A stretch of 64,000 bases of DNA from Minisyncoccota bacterium (GTDB taxonomy: Bacteria; Patescibacteriota; Minisyncoccia; Phycocordibacterales; UBA2100): NCBI GenBank assembly GCA_965267345.1, contig OZ253947.1, positions 3,648 through 67,647 of the forward strand. The letters are read 5' to 3'. This document shows, one piece after another, positions 27,190 to 35,750 of this stretch (its first letter is position 1; every line of letters begins with the position of its first letter). The notes below the pieces were generated by a model. That model ran no database searches, was not told the DNA's origin, and worked only from the letters and a program-made list of their open reading frames with translations. The translations under genes and the position numbers were made by a program.

Positions 27190-28401
27190 ATGGCCAAGTT
27201 TTCTTATAAAGCAACGCGCGACGGTGAAACGTATACGGGAACTGTCGAGGCTGACGACCGTTTTGTCGTGTATCGTCACGTACGTGCCGAAGGCGCGACG
27301 CTTATTTCTGTTGAAGTTGCGGGGAAAGGGAAGTGGTCATTTTCATACTGGAATGCGAAGCTCTCGAGTGTTAAGCAGCACGACAAAATTGTCTTTGCCA
27401 ACAACATGGCGGCCATGATGGCCGCCGGTTTGCCGATTACGCGGGCGCTGTCGGTATCTGAGCGTCAGGCAAAAAATCCGAAACTCAAACACATACTGCT
27501 CACCGTGCGCGCTGACATCCAGCGGGGTGGTACGTTCCACGATGCGCTCGCGCAGTTTCCGTCGGTCTTCTCAAAGTTGTTTGTGGCGATGGTGCGCGCG
27601 GGTGAAGAGGCGGGGACGCTGAATGAATCGCTCGAAAATATTGCCGACCAGCTTACGAGCTCGTATGAATTGAAGAAGAAAATTAAAGGTGCGCTTATCT
27701 ACCCGACGATTATCGTGGTGGCCATTATCGGTATTGGCTTTTTGATGATGACCGAGGTGGTTCCGACACTCTCAGACACCTTTACCGAACTCGGTGCAGA
27801 GCTGCCACGCTCAACGCAGGCCATTATTACCGTGAGTGACTGGCTCGTAAACTACACTGCACTCGTACTCTTGGGGGCGCTTGCGCTTGTTGGTAGTGTT
27901 TATGCAGCACTGCGTACCACCGTGGGGCAGCGCGTGCGCGACAAAATACTGCTCATGACACCGCTCATCGGGGAACTGGTAAAAGAGATTAACGCGGCAC
28001 GTACCGCACGCACTTTTGCGTCGCTATTGGCAGCGGGCGTTGATATCATCAGTGCGTTGCAAATAACCGGAGAAGTCGTCCAAAATCACTATCATCGTGA
28101 TGTGCTCAAAGCAGCACAGGAAAATGTGAAGACGGGTGGCCAGTTGTCTGAGGTGTTTGTAAAGTATGAAAAGCTCTACCCGCCGTTGATGGGCGAGATG
28201 ATTGCCGTCGGTGAGGAGACGGGCGCACTCTCAAACATGCTTCTGCGTGTAGCCGACTTTTACGAAGACGAGGTGTCACAGAAAACCAAGAACATGTCGA
28301 CGATTATTGAGCCGTTCCTCATGATTTTGATCGGTGCCACCGTTGGCTTCTTCGCCATTTCAATGGTCGGCCCAATTTACTCACTCTCTGAGGCATTTTA
28401 A
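27190..28401 (+). CDS. pilC: Type IV pilus platform protein PilC/GspF
   Basis: Two T2SSF repeats (AGEEAGTL, VGEETGAL), ALIYP, IEP. Confidence 0.93.
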   Translation: MAKFSYKATRDGETYTGTVEADDRFVVYRHVRAEGATLISVEVAGKGKWSFSYWNAKLSSVKQHDKIVFANNMAAMMAAGLPITRALSVSERQAKNPKLKHILLTVRADIQRGGTFHDALAQFPSVFSKLFVAMVRAGEEAGTLNESLENIADQLTSSYELKKKIKGALIYPTIIVVAIIGIGFLMMTEVVPTLSDTFTELGAELPRSTQAIITVSDWLVNYTALVLLGALALVGSVYAALRTTVGQRVRDKILLMTPLIGELVKEINAARTARTFASLLAAGVDIISALQITGEVVQNHYHRDVLKAAQENVKTGGQLSEVFVKYEKLYPPLMGEMIAVGEETGALSNMLLRVADFYEDEVSQKTKNMSTIIEPFLMILIGATVGFFAISMVGPIYSLSEAF

Positions 28402-28404
28402 TGA

Positions 28405-28433
28405 TTGACGCTCGAGTGTCCGCAGGATAGTCT
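28405..28433 (+). promoter_or_regulatory. Sigma70-type promoter of the Flp-like gene
   Basis: TTGACG-17 nt-TAGTCT. Confidence 0.6.
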
Positions 28434-28478
28434 TCGCGCAGAACCTCTCCATGGTGGAGGGGAGCGCAGGAGGAAAAG

Positions 28479-28655
28479 ATGTCGAAGTTTTGGGGAGATG
28501 AGAATGGTGACGCACCTGTCCTTGAATACGGTCTGCTCGCAGCAGGTATTGCTGTTGCAATTATCCTTGGCCTGACGGCGCTCGATGAACACATCGGCTC
28601 TGTCCTACAGGATGCGGATGTGGCGACCTCTCTCGAAGAGTCGGTCGGCGACTGA
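28479..28655 (+). CDS. Flp/Fap pilin-like small protein (58 aa; not in ORF track)
   Basis: MSKFWGDENGDAPVLEYGLLAAGIAVAIILGLTALDEHIGSVLQDADVATSLEESVGD; AGGAGG 5 nt upstream. Confidence 0.8.
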   Translation: MSKFWGDENGDAPVLEYGLLAAGIAVAIILGLTALDEHIGSVLQDADVATSLEESVGD

Positions 28656-28678
28656 CTCTTTTCGACTCTGTCTCGACA

Positions 28679-28707
28679 CCCCCGCACGCGACGCGTGCGG
28701 GGGTTTT
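28679..28707 (+). terminator. Intrinsic terminator after the Flp-like gene
   Basis: CCCCCGCACGC-GAC-GCGTGCGGGGG-TTTT. Confidence 0.8.
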
Positions 28708-28755
28708 GCTGTGGACGCACCCTCGAGTGCGAGGGAAGTGCGCTACAATACGCCT

Positions 28756-29205
28756 ATGGACAGACGGGTTCTTTATGCACGCGGCATGGGACTTATCGAC
28801 GTCGTTGTCGGTACGGCGCTTATGCTCGTTATCTTCCTTGCACTGTTTGGTATGCTGCAATTGGGAACACGGCTTGCCAGCGACAATAAAGCGCGCACTG
28901 CTGCACTCACCCTCTCGCTTGAGCGCATTGAATACATCCGCAGTCTCGACTATGTAGACGTCGGGATCTCAGGCGGCGATCCGTCGGGGAGTCTTGCGAG
29001 CTCGGAGAGCATCACGCTCAACGGCATTGCCTACACGCGCACCACGAGTGTTGTTTTTGTTGACGACGAAAAAGACGGCAGCGGTGGCAGCGACAGTGAT
29101 GGCGACCCTGATGACTACAAGCGCGTGAAGGTGACCGTGTCGTGGCAGGGCAGTGCCGGTGCGCGCGACACTGCCGTAGTAAGCGATATCGCACCACTCC
29201 AGTAG
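28756..29205 (+). CDS. Minor pilin (PilV-like)
   Basis: Class III-like signal RG|MGLIDVVVG; E.IRSLDY; C-terminal KRVKVTVSW. Confidence 0.8.
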   Translation: MDRRVLYARGMGLIDVVVGTALMLVIFLALFGMLQLGTRLASDNKARTAALTLSLERIEYIRSLDYVDVGISGGDPSGSLASSESITLNGIAYTRTTSVVFVDDEKDGSGGSDSDGDPDDYKRVKVTVSWQGSAGARDTAVVSDIAPLQ

Positions 29206-29206
29206 T

Positions 29207-29803
29207 ATGACGACACCAGCACACACAGCGCGCGGTTTTTCACTTCTCGAGATGCTCGTGGTCATCGCCATTACCGCGTCGGTCGTGGTGGCGCTCATCG
29301 TTGCCATTCAGTATGTGTATCGCGGGCAGCGATTTGTCTTTGAGCAGGCTGACGCAACGCGCAGCGCGCGCATCGGTATTGAGCGGGCAGTCGCTGACAT
29401 GCGTGAAGCCTCGTATGCTGACAACGGTGCGTATCCGATTGTGGCAATGAGCACGAGCACCATGACCTTTTACAGTGACATCGATGACGATTCGTCATTC
29501 GAGCGCGTGCGCTACTTTCTTAGCGACAAGGTGCTCTACCAAGGAGTGGTTGACGCCGCCGGCACGCCGCCAACATACGACGGAAGTGAAACCACTACGG
29601 CGCTCGCGACCGATGTGCGCAACGATGCACTGAGTGTGCCACTCTTTACCTACTACGATGCTGATGGCAATGCACTCAGCGACCTTGCTGATCTTGATGC
29701 CGTTGCGTTTGTGCTGGTGCGGTTAGTCGTGAACCTTGAGCCATCGCGTGCGCCGAATGATTTTGAACTGCGTGCGAGCGCAACCCTTCGTAATATTGAG
29801 TAG
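29207..29803 (+). CDS. Minor pilin (PilW-like)
   Basis: RG|FSLLEMLVVIAI prepilin motif; C-terminal ATLRN. Confidence 0.88.
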   Translation: MTTPAHTARGFSLLEMLVVIAITASVVVALIVAIQYVYRGQRFVFEQADATRSARIGIERAVADMREASYADNGAYPIVAMSTSTMTFYSDIDDDSSFERVRYFLSDKVLYQGVVDAAGTPPTYDGSETTTALATDVRNDALSVPLFTYYDADGNALSDLADLDAVAFVLVRLVVNLEPSRAPNDFELRASATLRNIE

Positions 29804-29805
29804 GT

Positions 29806-31242
29806 ATGTGGTATTGCTCAACACAGCGCAACACACACATCTCCGACCAAGCGGGTATTACGATCGTGCTCGTCCTGATTTTTGCCGGCGTGTTTGGTTT
29901 GTCGGTTGCGGCGATGATGAGCTTAATATTTGCGCAAACCAAACTCGCCCAGAGCAAGGAGGTGCGCGAAGTGGCCTTTGGTGTTGCCGAGGCCGGTCTT
30001 GAGTATTACCACTGGTTTTTAATTGATAATCCGAATGACACACAGAACGGCACCGGCGCCGACGGCCCCTACGAACGTGACGTAACCGACCCTGATACCG
30101 CAGAGACGATCGGCACCTATTCACTTACCACTGATCCGCACATGGCCTGCGGGCAGGTGCAGTGGATCGACATTACCTCGGTGGGCACAGCGGCTGCTGA
30201 TACGCGTTTTCCGCGCACGGTCCTCGGACGGCATACGCAGCCGACGGTCGCCGAGTACTCATACATCGTCGGCGATGACGTCTGGGCCGGTCCCGACCGA
30301 GAGATTGTCGGGCCGTATCATGCCAATGGCGGTATTCGTATGGACGGTACACACAATGCGCAAGTCACCAGTGGCGTCTCCTCGTGGAGTTGCGACAGTA
30401 CGTTCGGGTGCAGTCCGACGCAGACACAAAACGGTATTTTCGGTGCCGGTGGTACGCCTGAGTTGTGGCAGTACCCAACTGACACGATCAGCTTTGATGA
30501 CATGGCCGCAAGTTTTGATGATCTCAAAGGGTACGCCCAAGCCGACGGCGTGTACCTCGAGCCGTATGGCACGACGGTGACGAACTACTCGGGCTATCCG
30601 GCGATGGTTGACGGCTATCACCTTGTATTTAACAGCGACGGCACAGTTGATATTTATGAGGTGACCGACACAACAGGGTACTGGGGGTGGCATCGCGACG
30701 CCGGCTATCTGCCCGACTTTCACATTATTGATGCCGAGTCGTTTGTGGAGCGTCGCTCAATTCCATCGGACTGTGCACTTATTTTTGTTGAAGACAAGGT
30801 GTGGATCGAGGGAGTCGTCAACGGCAAAGTCACGGTCGTCGGTGCCGACTTGGTAAACGACTACAACCCCGATGTGATTTTGTACGACGACATTACGTAC
30901 GCCGACAGCGACGGCTCAGATGGCCTGACGGTGATTAGCGAGGGTGCGATTCTGATTCCGCCGCTCTCGCCCGACAGCTTAGAGCTCTCCGGTATCTTTG
31001 TGGCACAGGGGCGCTACTTCGGTCGTCCGTACTATGCAAATGATACAGCGAGCGACTTAACCATTCACGGGACGGTCGTTTCGAACGGTCGCGTGGGTAC
31101 GCAGTGGGATTGCAGCGGTTCGTTCTGTTCAGGCTACGAAACACGCACCAGCACGTACGATCGACTGCAGACGATCAGCCCGCCGCCGTTTACCCCGGCA
31201 CGTACCCCTGCCGCCGAGTACGTTTGGTGGCAGGAGCTGTAG
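29806..31242 (+). CDS. PilX-like minor pilin with large C-terminal domain
   Basis: QAG|ITIVLVLIF (no E5), AFGVAEAGLE; ends LSPPP-like PPPFTP...WWQEL. Confidence 0.82.
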   Translation: MWYCSTQRNTHISDQAGITIVLVLIFAGVFGLSVAAMMSLIFAQTKLAQSKEVREVAFGVAEAGLEYYHWFLIDNPNDTQNGTGADGPYERDVTDPDTAETIGTYSLTTDPHMACGQVQWIDITSVGTAAADTRFPRTVLGRHTQPTVAEYSYIVGDDVWAGPDREIVGPYHANGGIRMDGTHNAQVTSGVSSWSCDSTFGCSPTQTQNGIFGAGGTPELWQYPTDTISFDDMAASFDDLKGYAQADGVYLEPYGTTVTNYSGYPAMVDGYHLVFNSDGTVDIYEVTDTTGYWGWHRDAGYLPDFHIIDAESFVERRSIPSDCALIFVEDKVWIEGVVNGKVTVVGADLVNDYNPDVILYDDITYADSDGSDGLTVISEGAILIPPLSPDSLELSGIFVAQGRYFGRPYYANDTASDLTIHGTVVSNGRVGTQWDCSGSFCSGYETRTSTYDRLQTISPPPFTPARTPAAEYVWWQEL

Positions 31243-31285
31243 TGGTGAGTAGTCTCATGCGGGCAGAGAGGGTACAATACGCTGT

Positions 31286-32038
31286 ATGCAGCAACTCATT
31301 GTCTGTAATTGGAAAATGAATCCCGCCTCGCTGAAGGTGGCGCGCTCACTCTTTGACGGCACCAAGAAGCAGATTGCCAACCTCGACAAGGTGCACGTCA
31401 TTGTGGCGCCACCGGCGGTTTTTTTACCGGCACTCGCACAGAGCTATCGCGGCAAGCGCATCACCTTTGCTGCGCAGACCATTGCCAATGAGACCGACGG
31501 CTCATACACGGGGGAGCTCTCGGCAACACAGATGAAAGATGCAGGAGCGGCGCATACCATTATCGGGCATGCGGAGCGTCGCGTACTCGGCGAAACCGAC
31601 GCTGACATGCACGCCAAGGTGCACGAAGCACTGCGTCTGAAACTGAAAGTGATTCTTGCCGTTGGTGAGGCAGAGCGCGATGCGCATGGTGCCTACATCA
31701 CCACCATCAGGGAGCAAATCGCGACGGCACTTGCGGACGTGCCACCGACGCGACTGAAAGACATCACCATTGCATACGAGCCGGTGTGGGCTATTGGTGC
31801 CCTTGAAGCACCCGACGCGCATGCGGTGCACCAGATGATTTTGCTCGTACGCAAAATCCTCGTTGAGCAGTGCGGCGATAGAGGCGCGCGCATGCGCATT
31901 CTCTACGGTGGTGCCGTCAACGAAGACAACGCCGAGTCGATTTGTGCGGTACCCGACATCGGTGGCGTGCTGGTCGGTCGCGCGAGTTTGGAGCCGATGC
32001 GACTTAAGGGGATTATCCGTGCAGCCAACCATGCCTAG
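31286..32038 (+). CDS. tpiA: Triosephosphate isomerase
   Basis: NWKMN, IGHAERR, AYEPVWAIG, LYGG.V, LVGRASL. Confidence 0.96.
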   Translation: MQQLIVCNWKMNPASLKVARSLFDGTKKQIANLDKVHVIVAPPAVFLPALAQSYRGKRITFAAQTIANETDGSYTGELSATQMKDAGAAHTIIGHAERRVLGETDADMHAKVHEALRLKLKVILAVGEAERDAHGAYITTIREQIATALADVPPTRLKDITIAYEPVWAIGALEAPDAHAVHQMILLVRKILVEQCGDRGARMRILYGGAVNEDNAESICAVPDIGGVLVGRASLEPMRLKGIIRAANHA

Positions 32039-33143
32039 TATGTGGATCGACGAGGGCGTAGATGTGCGCGGGAAGGTAGTGCTCGTGCGTGCCGGGTTAA
32101 ACGTGCCGATGGACGGCGGGGCAATCATCAATGACTTTCGTATTCGCACGGCGTTGCCGACACTACAATTTTTACACGAACAGGGTGCGCGCGTTATCGT
32201 CACCGCCCACATCGGACGCGATGTGCACGACACGCTCGCGCCGGTTGCCGAGGCACTGGGGGAGCAGTTGCCGATTACGTTCTCGCACCTTGATGCAGTC
32301 GTGCCGGCAGACACTGCCGACGGTGAGATCGTACTCCTTGAAAACCTGCGCCAAGACGGCGGCGAAGTGGCAAATGACGACAGCTTCGCACAGCGTCTGG
32401 CGGGGCTCGCCGATATTTTTGTGCAGGATGCATTTTCAGTGTGCCACCGTGAGCACGCGAGTATCGTTGGCGTGCCGAACTATCTGCCGAGCTACGGGGG
32501 GCTGCGCCTGCGTGCGGAGATCAAAGCGCTGACGCGCGCGCGAACACCTGAAACGCCGGCACTGTGTATTTTAGGCGGCGCCAAATTTGAAACAAAAGAG
32601 CCACTCATCCGCGTCTTTTTAAATACGTACACGAAAGTCTTTATAGGTGGTGCATTACAAAATGAAGTCCTTGCCGCACGCGGATTCCCTGTCGGAGCGT
32701 CAAAGGTTGAAGACGGTAAAGTGCCCGAAGATTTGCTGACGCATGAAGCCCTGTATGCAGTATCAGATGTCGTGGTGCAGCATGCAGACGAGCGCGCGGA
32801 GACTGTTGCCATTGACGCTGTGGGCGCGGACGACATCATTGTTGATATCGGTCCCGCGAGCACACAGGCACTCATTGATGCACTACCGGAATTTAAAACG
32901 ATTCTCTGGAACGGTCCCTTTGGGTGGTATGAGAAAGGGTACGATGCGGCGACGGTTGCGCTTGCACGTGCTGTTGCCACAGCTGACGCTGAAACTATTA
33001 TCGGCGGCGGCGACACGGTTGCCGTCGTGCAACGGGAAGGACTCGAAGACGACTTTGACTTTATCTCAACCGGCGGCGGCGCGATGCTCACCTTTCTTGA
33101 AACAGGCACGCTGCCGGGTATTGACGCACTCACGCGGACGTAG
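32031..33143 (+). CDS. pgk: Phosphoglycerate kinase
   Basis: LNVP, LLENLR, HREHAS, GGAK, WNGP.G, GGGDT, ISTGGGA; ATG 32031. Confidence 0.96.
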   Translation: MPSMWIDEGVDVRGKVVLVRAGLNVPMDGGAIINDFRIRTALPTLQFLHEQGARVIVTAHIGRDVHDTLAPVAEALGEQLPITFSHLDAVVPADTADGEIVLLENLRQDGGEVANDDSFAQRLAGLADIFVQDAFSVCHREHASIVGVPNYLPSYGGLRLRAEIKALTRARTPETPALCILGGAKFETKEPLIRVFLNTYTKVFIGGALQNEVLAARGFPVGASKVEDGKVPEDLLTHEALYAVSDVVVQHADERAETVAIDAVGADDIIVDIGPASTQALIDALPEFKTILWNGPFGWYEKGYDAATVALARAVATADAETIIGGGDTVAVVQREGLEDDFDFISTGGGAMLTFLETGTLPGIDALTRT

Positions 33144-33191
33144 TCCGCGATCTGCGATCTCTCGCAAGGCAACTCACTGCATTCGCCCATC

Positions 33192-33276
33192 TGTTTCGAT
33201 TAATCGAAACATTGGGGAGATTATGAATACATAACTGTGTAGACATACGCTCGGGGTGTCTCGATTAATCGAGACA
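33192..33276. repeat. Paired 20-bp palindromes, locus 3 (inverted order)
   Basis: TGTTTCGATTAATCGAAACA at 33192-33211 and TGTCTCGATTAATCGAGACA at 33257-33276. Confidence 0.9.
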
Positions 33277-33345
33277 CCTGCTGTGTTTCGCACAGGTGCA
33301 CAGTAGTAATTGCATTGCGGGACGCTTTTGCGTATAACCATATAC

Positions 33346-33459
33346 ATGGAGTACGTTTTGTATGGTATTGTCATCGCAATTCTTTGGGGCGTTATTCGTT
33401 TCGTTCAAGGACACCCTTACGCGAAACCAGGGCGCGCTACACCCGACTGGGATGAATGA
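33346..33459 (+). CDS. 37-aa single-TM small protein (not in ORF track)
   Basis: MEYVLYGIVIAILWGVIRFVQGHPYAKPGRATPDWDE; TTGCAT-17-TATAAC upstream; terminator at about 33510-33544. Confidence 0.55.
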   Translation: MEYVLYGIVIAILWGVIRFVQGHPYAKPGRATPDWDE

Positions 33460-33564
33460 CACCACCCTCGTTACTGCGTGGCGATCGCGCGCGGAGCGAG
33501 TAGAAACACACCCTCGGGCCACAGCAACGTGGCCCGAGGGTTTTCTTAACACTCGAGGTAATGC

Positions 33565-33972
33565 TTAGAGCCGATCGGTGATGGATGTTGCCATGTCGGC
33601 GAGTGCCTCCGAAGACGCTTCATGTTGTGGGAGTCCTTTAAGTCCATCGTCGGCGAAACGCGGCACGATGTGCACGTGTGCATGGTCGACGAGTTGCCCC
33701 GCTGATTTTCGATTATTCATGATGATGTTCACGCCGTCCGAGCCAGTAGCGGCTTTCGCGTGTGGTGCCAGCAGGTGCACGGTGCGCATCACCGCCACCC
33801 AGTCGTCTTCGGCAATATCGAATACGTCGAGAGCGTGCGTTTTCGGAATCACGAGCGTGTGACCGAGGTGTACGGGATTAATGTCTAAGAACGCGTACGT
33901 CTGGTCATCTTCGTACACACGATGTGATGGGATCTCGCCGTCACGAATTTTGCAAAACATGCAATCAGTCAT
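33565..33972 (-). CDS. HIT family protein
   Basis: DCMFCKI, AFLDINP, GHTLVIPK, HAHVHIVPR. Confidence 0.95.
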   Translation of the reverse strand: MTDCMFCKIRDGEIPSHRVYEDDQTYAFLDINPVHLGHTLVIPKTHALDVFDIAEDDWVAVMRTVHLLAPHAKAATGSDGVNIIMNNRKSAGQLVDHAHVHIVPRFADDGLKGLPQHEASSEALADMATSITDRL

Positions 33973-33995
33973 GACTACCAGTATAATCCACAGCA

Positions 33996-35714
33996 ATGAC
34001 GCAGCGCTACCGATTTCACTCCACACCCACACGCGCCGTGCGCACTGCTCTGTCAGCATATAGTGACTTGGTGCAAACACTGTTACACGCACGCAACATC
34101 ACTACTGACACCGACGCCGCCGCGTTTCTCAATCCTGATTACGATGCACACGTACACGATCCGTTTGCCATGCGGGATATGGAGCGTGCCGTGGAACGCA
34201 TTACGCACGCCATCGAAAGTGGCGAACACATTGCCGTGTATAGCGATTTTGATGCCGACGGCATTTCTGGCGGCGTGCTGCTGCACGATCTATTTCGCAC
34301 CTGCGGCGTGCCGCGCGAGCGTTTCACCAACTACATTCCACATCGCGATGCAGAAGGGTACGGGTTTCATGGTGATGCCGTGAGCACACTCAAGCAGCAG
34401 GACGTGACACTTATCATTACCGTTGACGTTGGTACTGCTTCGAGCGACGCCGTTGATCGGGCACGCGAGCTCGGCATTGATGTCATAATTACCGACCACC
34501 ACTTGCCGACGCATGGTCTTCCCGATGCCTACGCGGTGCTGAATCCGCATCGTGACGATGAAACGTATCCGTTTGCTGATCTGTGCGGGACGGGCGTTGC
34601 ATTCAAGCTCGCGACGGCACTCATTGCACACGGTCGGGCGCAGAAGGCGTCGTGGGTTGCTGACATTCCTGACGGGTGGGAGAAGTGGCTTCTCGATGTG
34701 GTTGCTATCGCAACCGTTGCCGACATGATGCCACTCGTCGGTGAGAATCGTGCACTGGTGCACTGGGGGTTAGTGGTGTTACGCAAGTCGCGTCGCGTTG
34801 GCATTCGCGCACTGTGCAAAAAGCTGCGGCTACCGCAGCACCTGCTGACTGAAGAAGATATCGGATTTGCCATCGCACCCCGACTCAACACCGCCTCACG
34901 AATGGCATATCCTGAACTCGGGTTTACGCTGCTGACGACTGAGGACGAGGAGCAGGCACGTGCGACTGCAGCAGAACTTGAAACACTGAATAACAAACGC
35001 AAAGGGCAAGTCGCCGCAATGGTGCGCGAACTCACCGAGCGCTTCGGTGCTGTTGATGACGCAGTGCTCGTGGCGGGGAACCCATCGTGGAATCCTGCGC
35101 TCCTCGGGCTTGCCGCAAACTCACTGGTACAGACCTACGGAAAGGTTGTCTGTTTGTGGGGGCGTGAAGGTACGGGCACCCTCAAGGGGTCGTGTCGCGG
35201 TAACGGTGCCGTCGGCGTCACTGACTTGCTCGCCCATGCCGACAACGCTCTGTTGCAGTTTGGTGGCCACGAACACGCGGGCGGTTTCTCAGTGAAACCC
35301 GATGCAATACACACACTGGGTGAAACATTGAACAAAGCGTACGCGACATGTGCACGCGAGCGTACTAACGAGACACTCACCGTCGATGCAGCACTCTCGC
35401 TGTCACACGCCGCACACACCCATCGGGCTATTGCACCACTGCGTCCATTTGGCGTTGGGAATGACAAGCCGCTCTTCGCCTGTGAGCGCGTGACCATTGC
35501 CGCCGTGAAGCAGTTTGGGAAACAGGACGCGCATTTGGAAGTGCACATTGCCGAAGGGCAGACACAACTACGCGCGATTGCGTTTTATGCGCACCCTGAA
35601 CAATTCACGCGCACGCCGTCAGAAGGTGAGACGGTGACGCTCATCGGCACACTGGAGCAGTCGCACTTTGCCGGTCGCACACGTTTTGAATTGCGTATTG
35701 TGGACATTGTGTAA
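33996..35714 (+). CDS. recJ: ssDNA exonuclease RecJ
   Basis: DFDADG, EGYG, ITVDVG, TDHH, APRLN, FGGH..AGG, PFG.GN. Confidence 0.96.
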   Translation: MTQRYRFHSTPTRAVRTALSAYSDLVQTLLHARNITTDTDAAAFLNPDYDAHVHDPFAMRDMERAVERITHAIESGEHIAVYSDFDADGISGGVLLHDLFRTCGVPRERFTNYIPHRDAEGYGFHGDAVSTLKQQDVTLIITVDVGTASSDAVDRARELGIDVIITDHHLPTHGLPDAYAVLNPHRDDETYPFADLCGTGVAFKLATALIAHGRAQKASWVADIPDGWEKWLLDVVAIATVADMMPLVGENRALVHWGLVVLRKSRRVGIRALCKKLRLPQHLLTEEDIGFAIAPRLNTASRMAYPELGFTLLTTEDEEQARATAAELETLNNKRKGQVAAMVRELTERFGAVDDAVLVAGNPSWNPALLGLAANSLVQTYGKVVCLWGREGTGTLKGSCRGNGAVGVTDLLAHADNALLQFGGHEHAGGFSVKPDAIHTLGETLNKAYATCARERTNETLTVDAALSLSHAAHTHRAIAPLRPFGVGNDKPLFACERVTIAAVKQFGKQDAHLEVHIAEGQTQLRAIAFYAHPEQFTRTPSEGETVTLIGTLEQSHFAGRTRFELRIVDIV

Positions 35715-35750
35715 TACGCGTTCTGCTTTCGCGCTATCATACGAGCAGGT

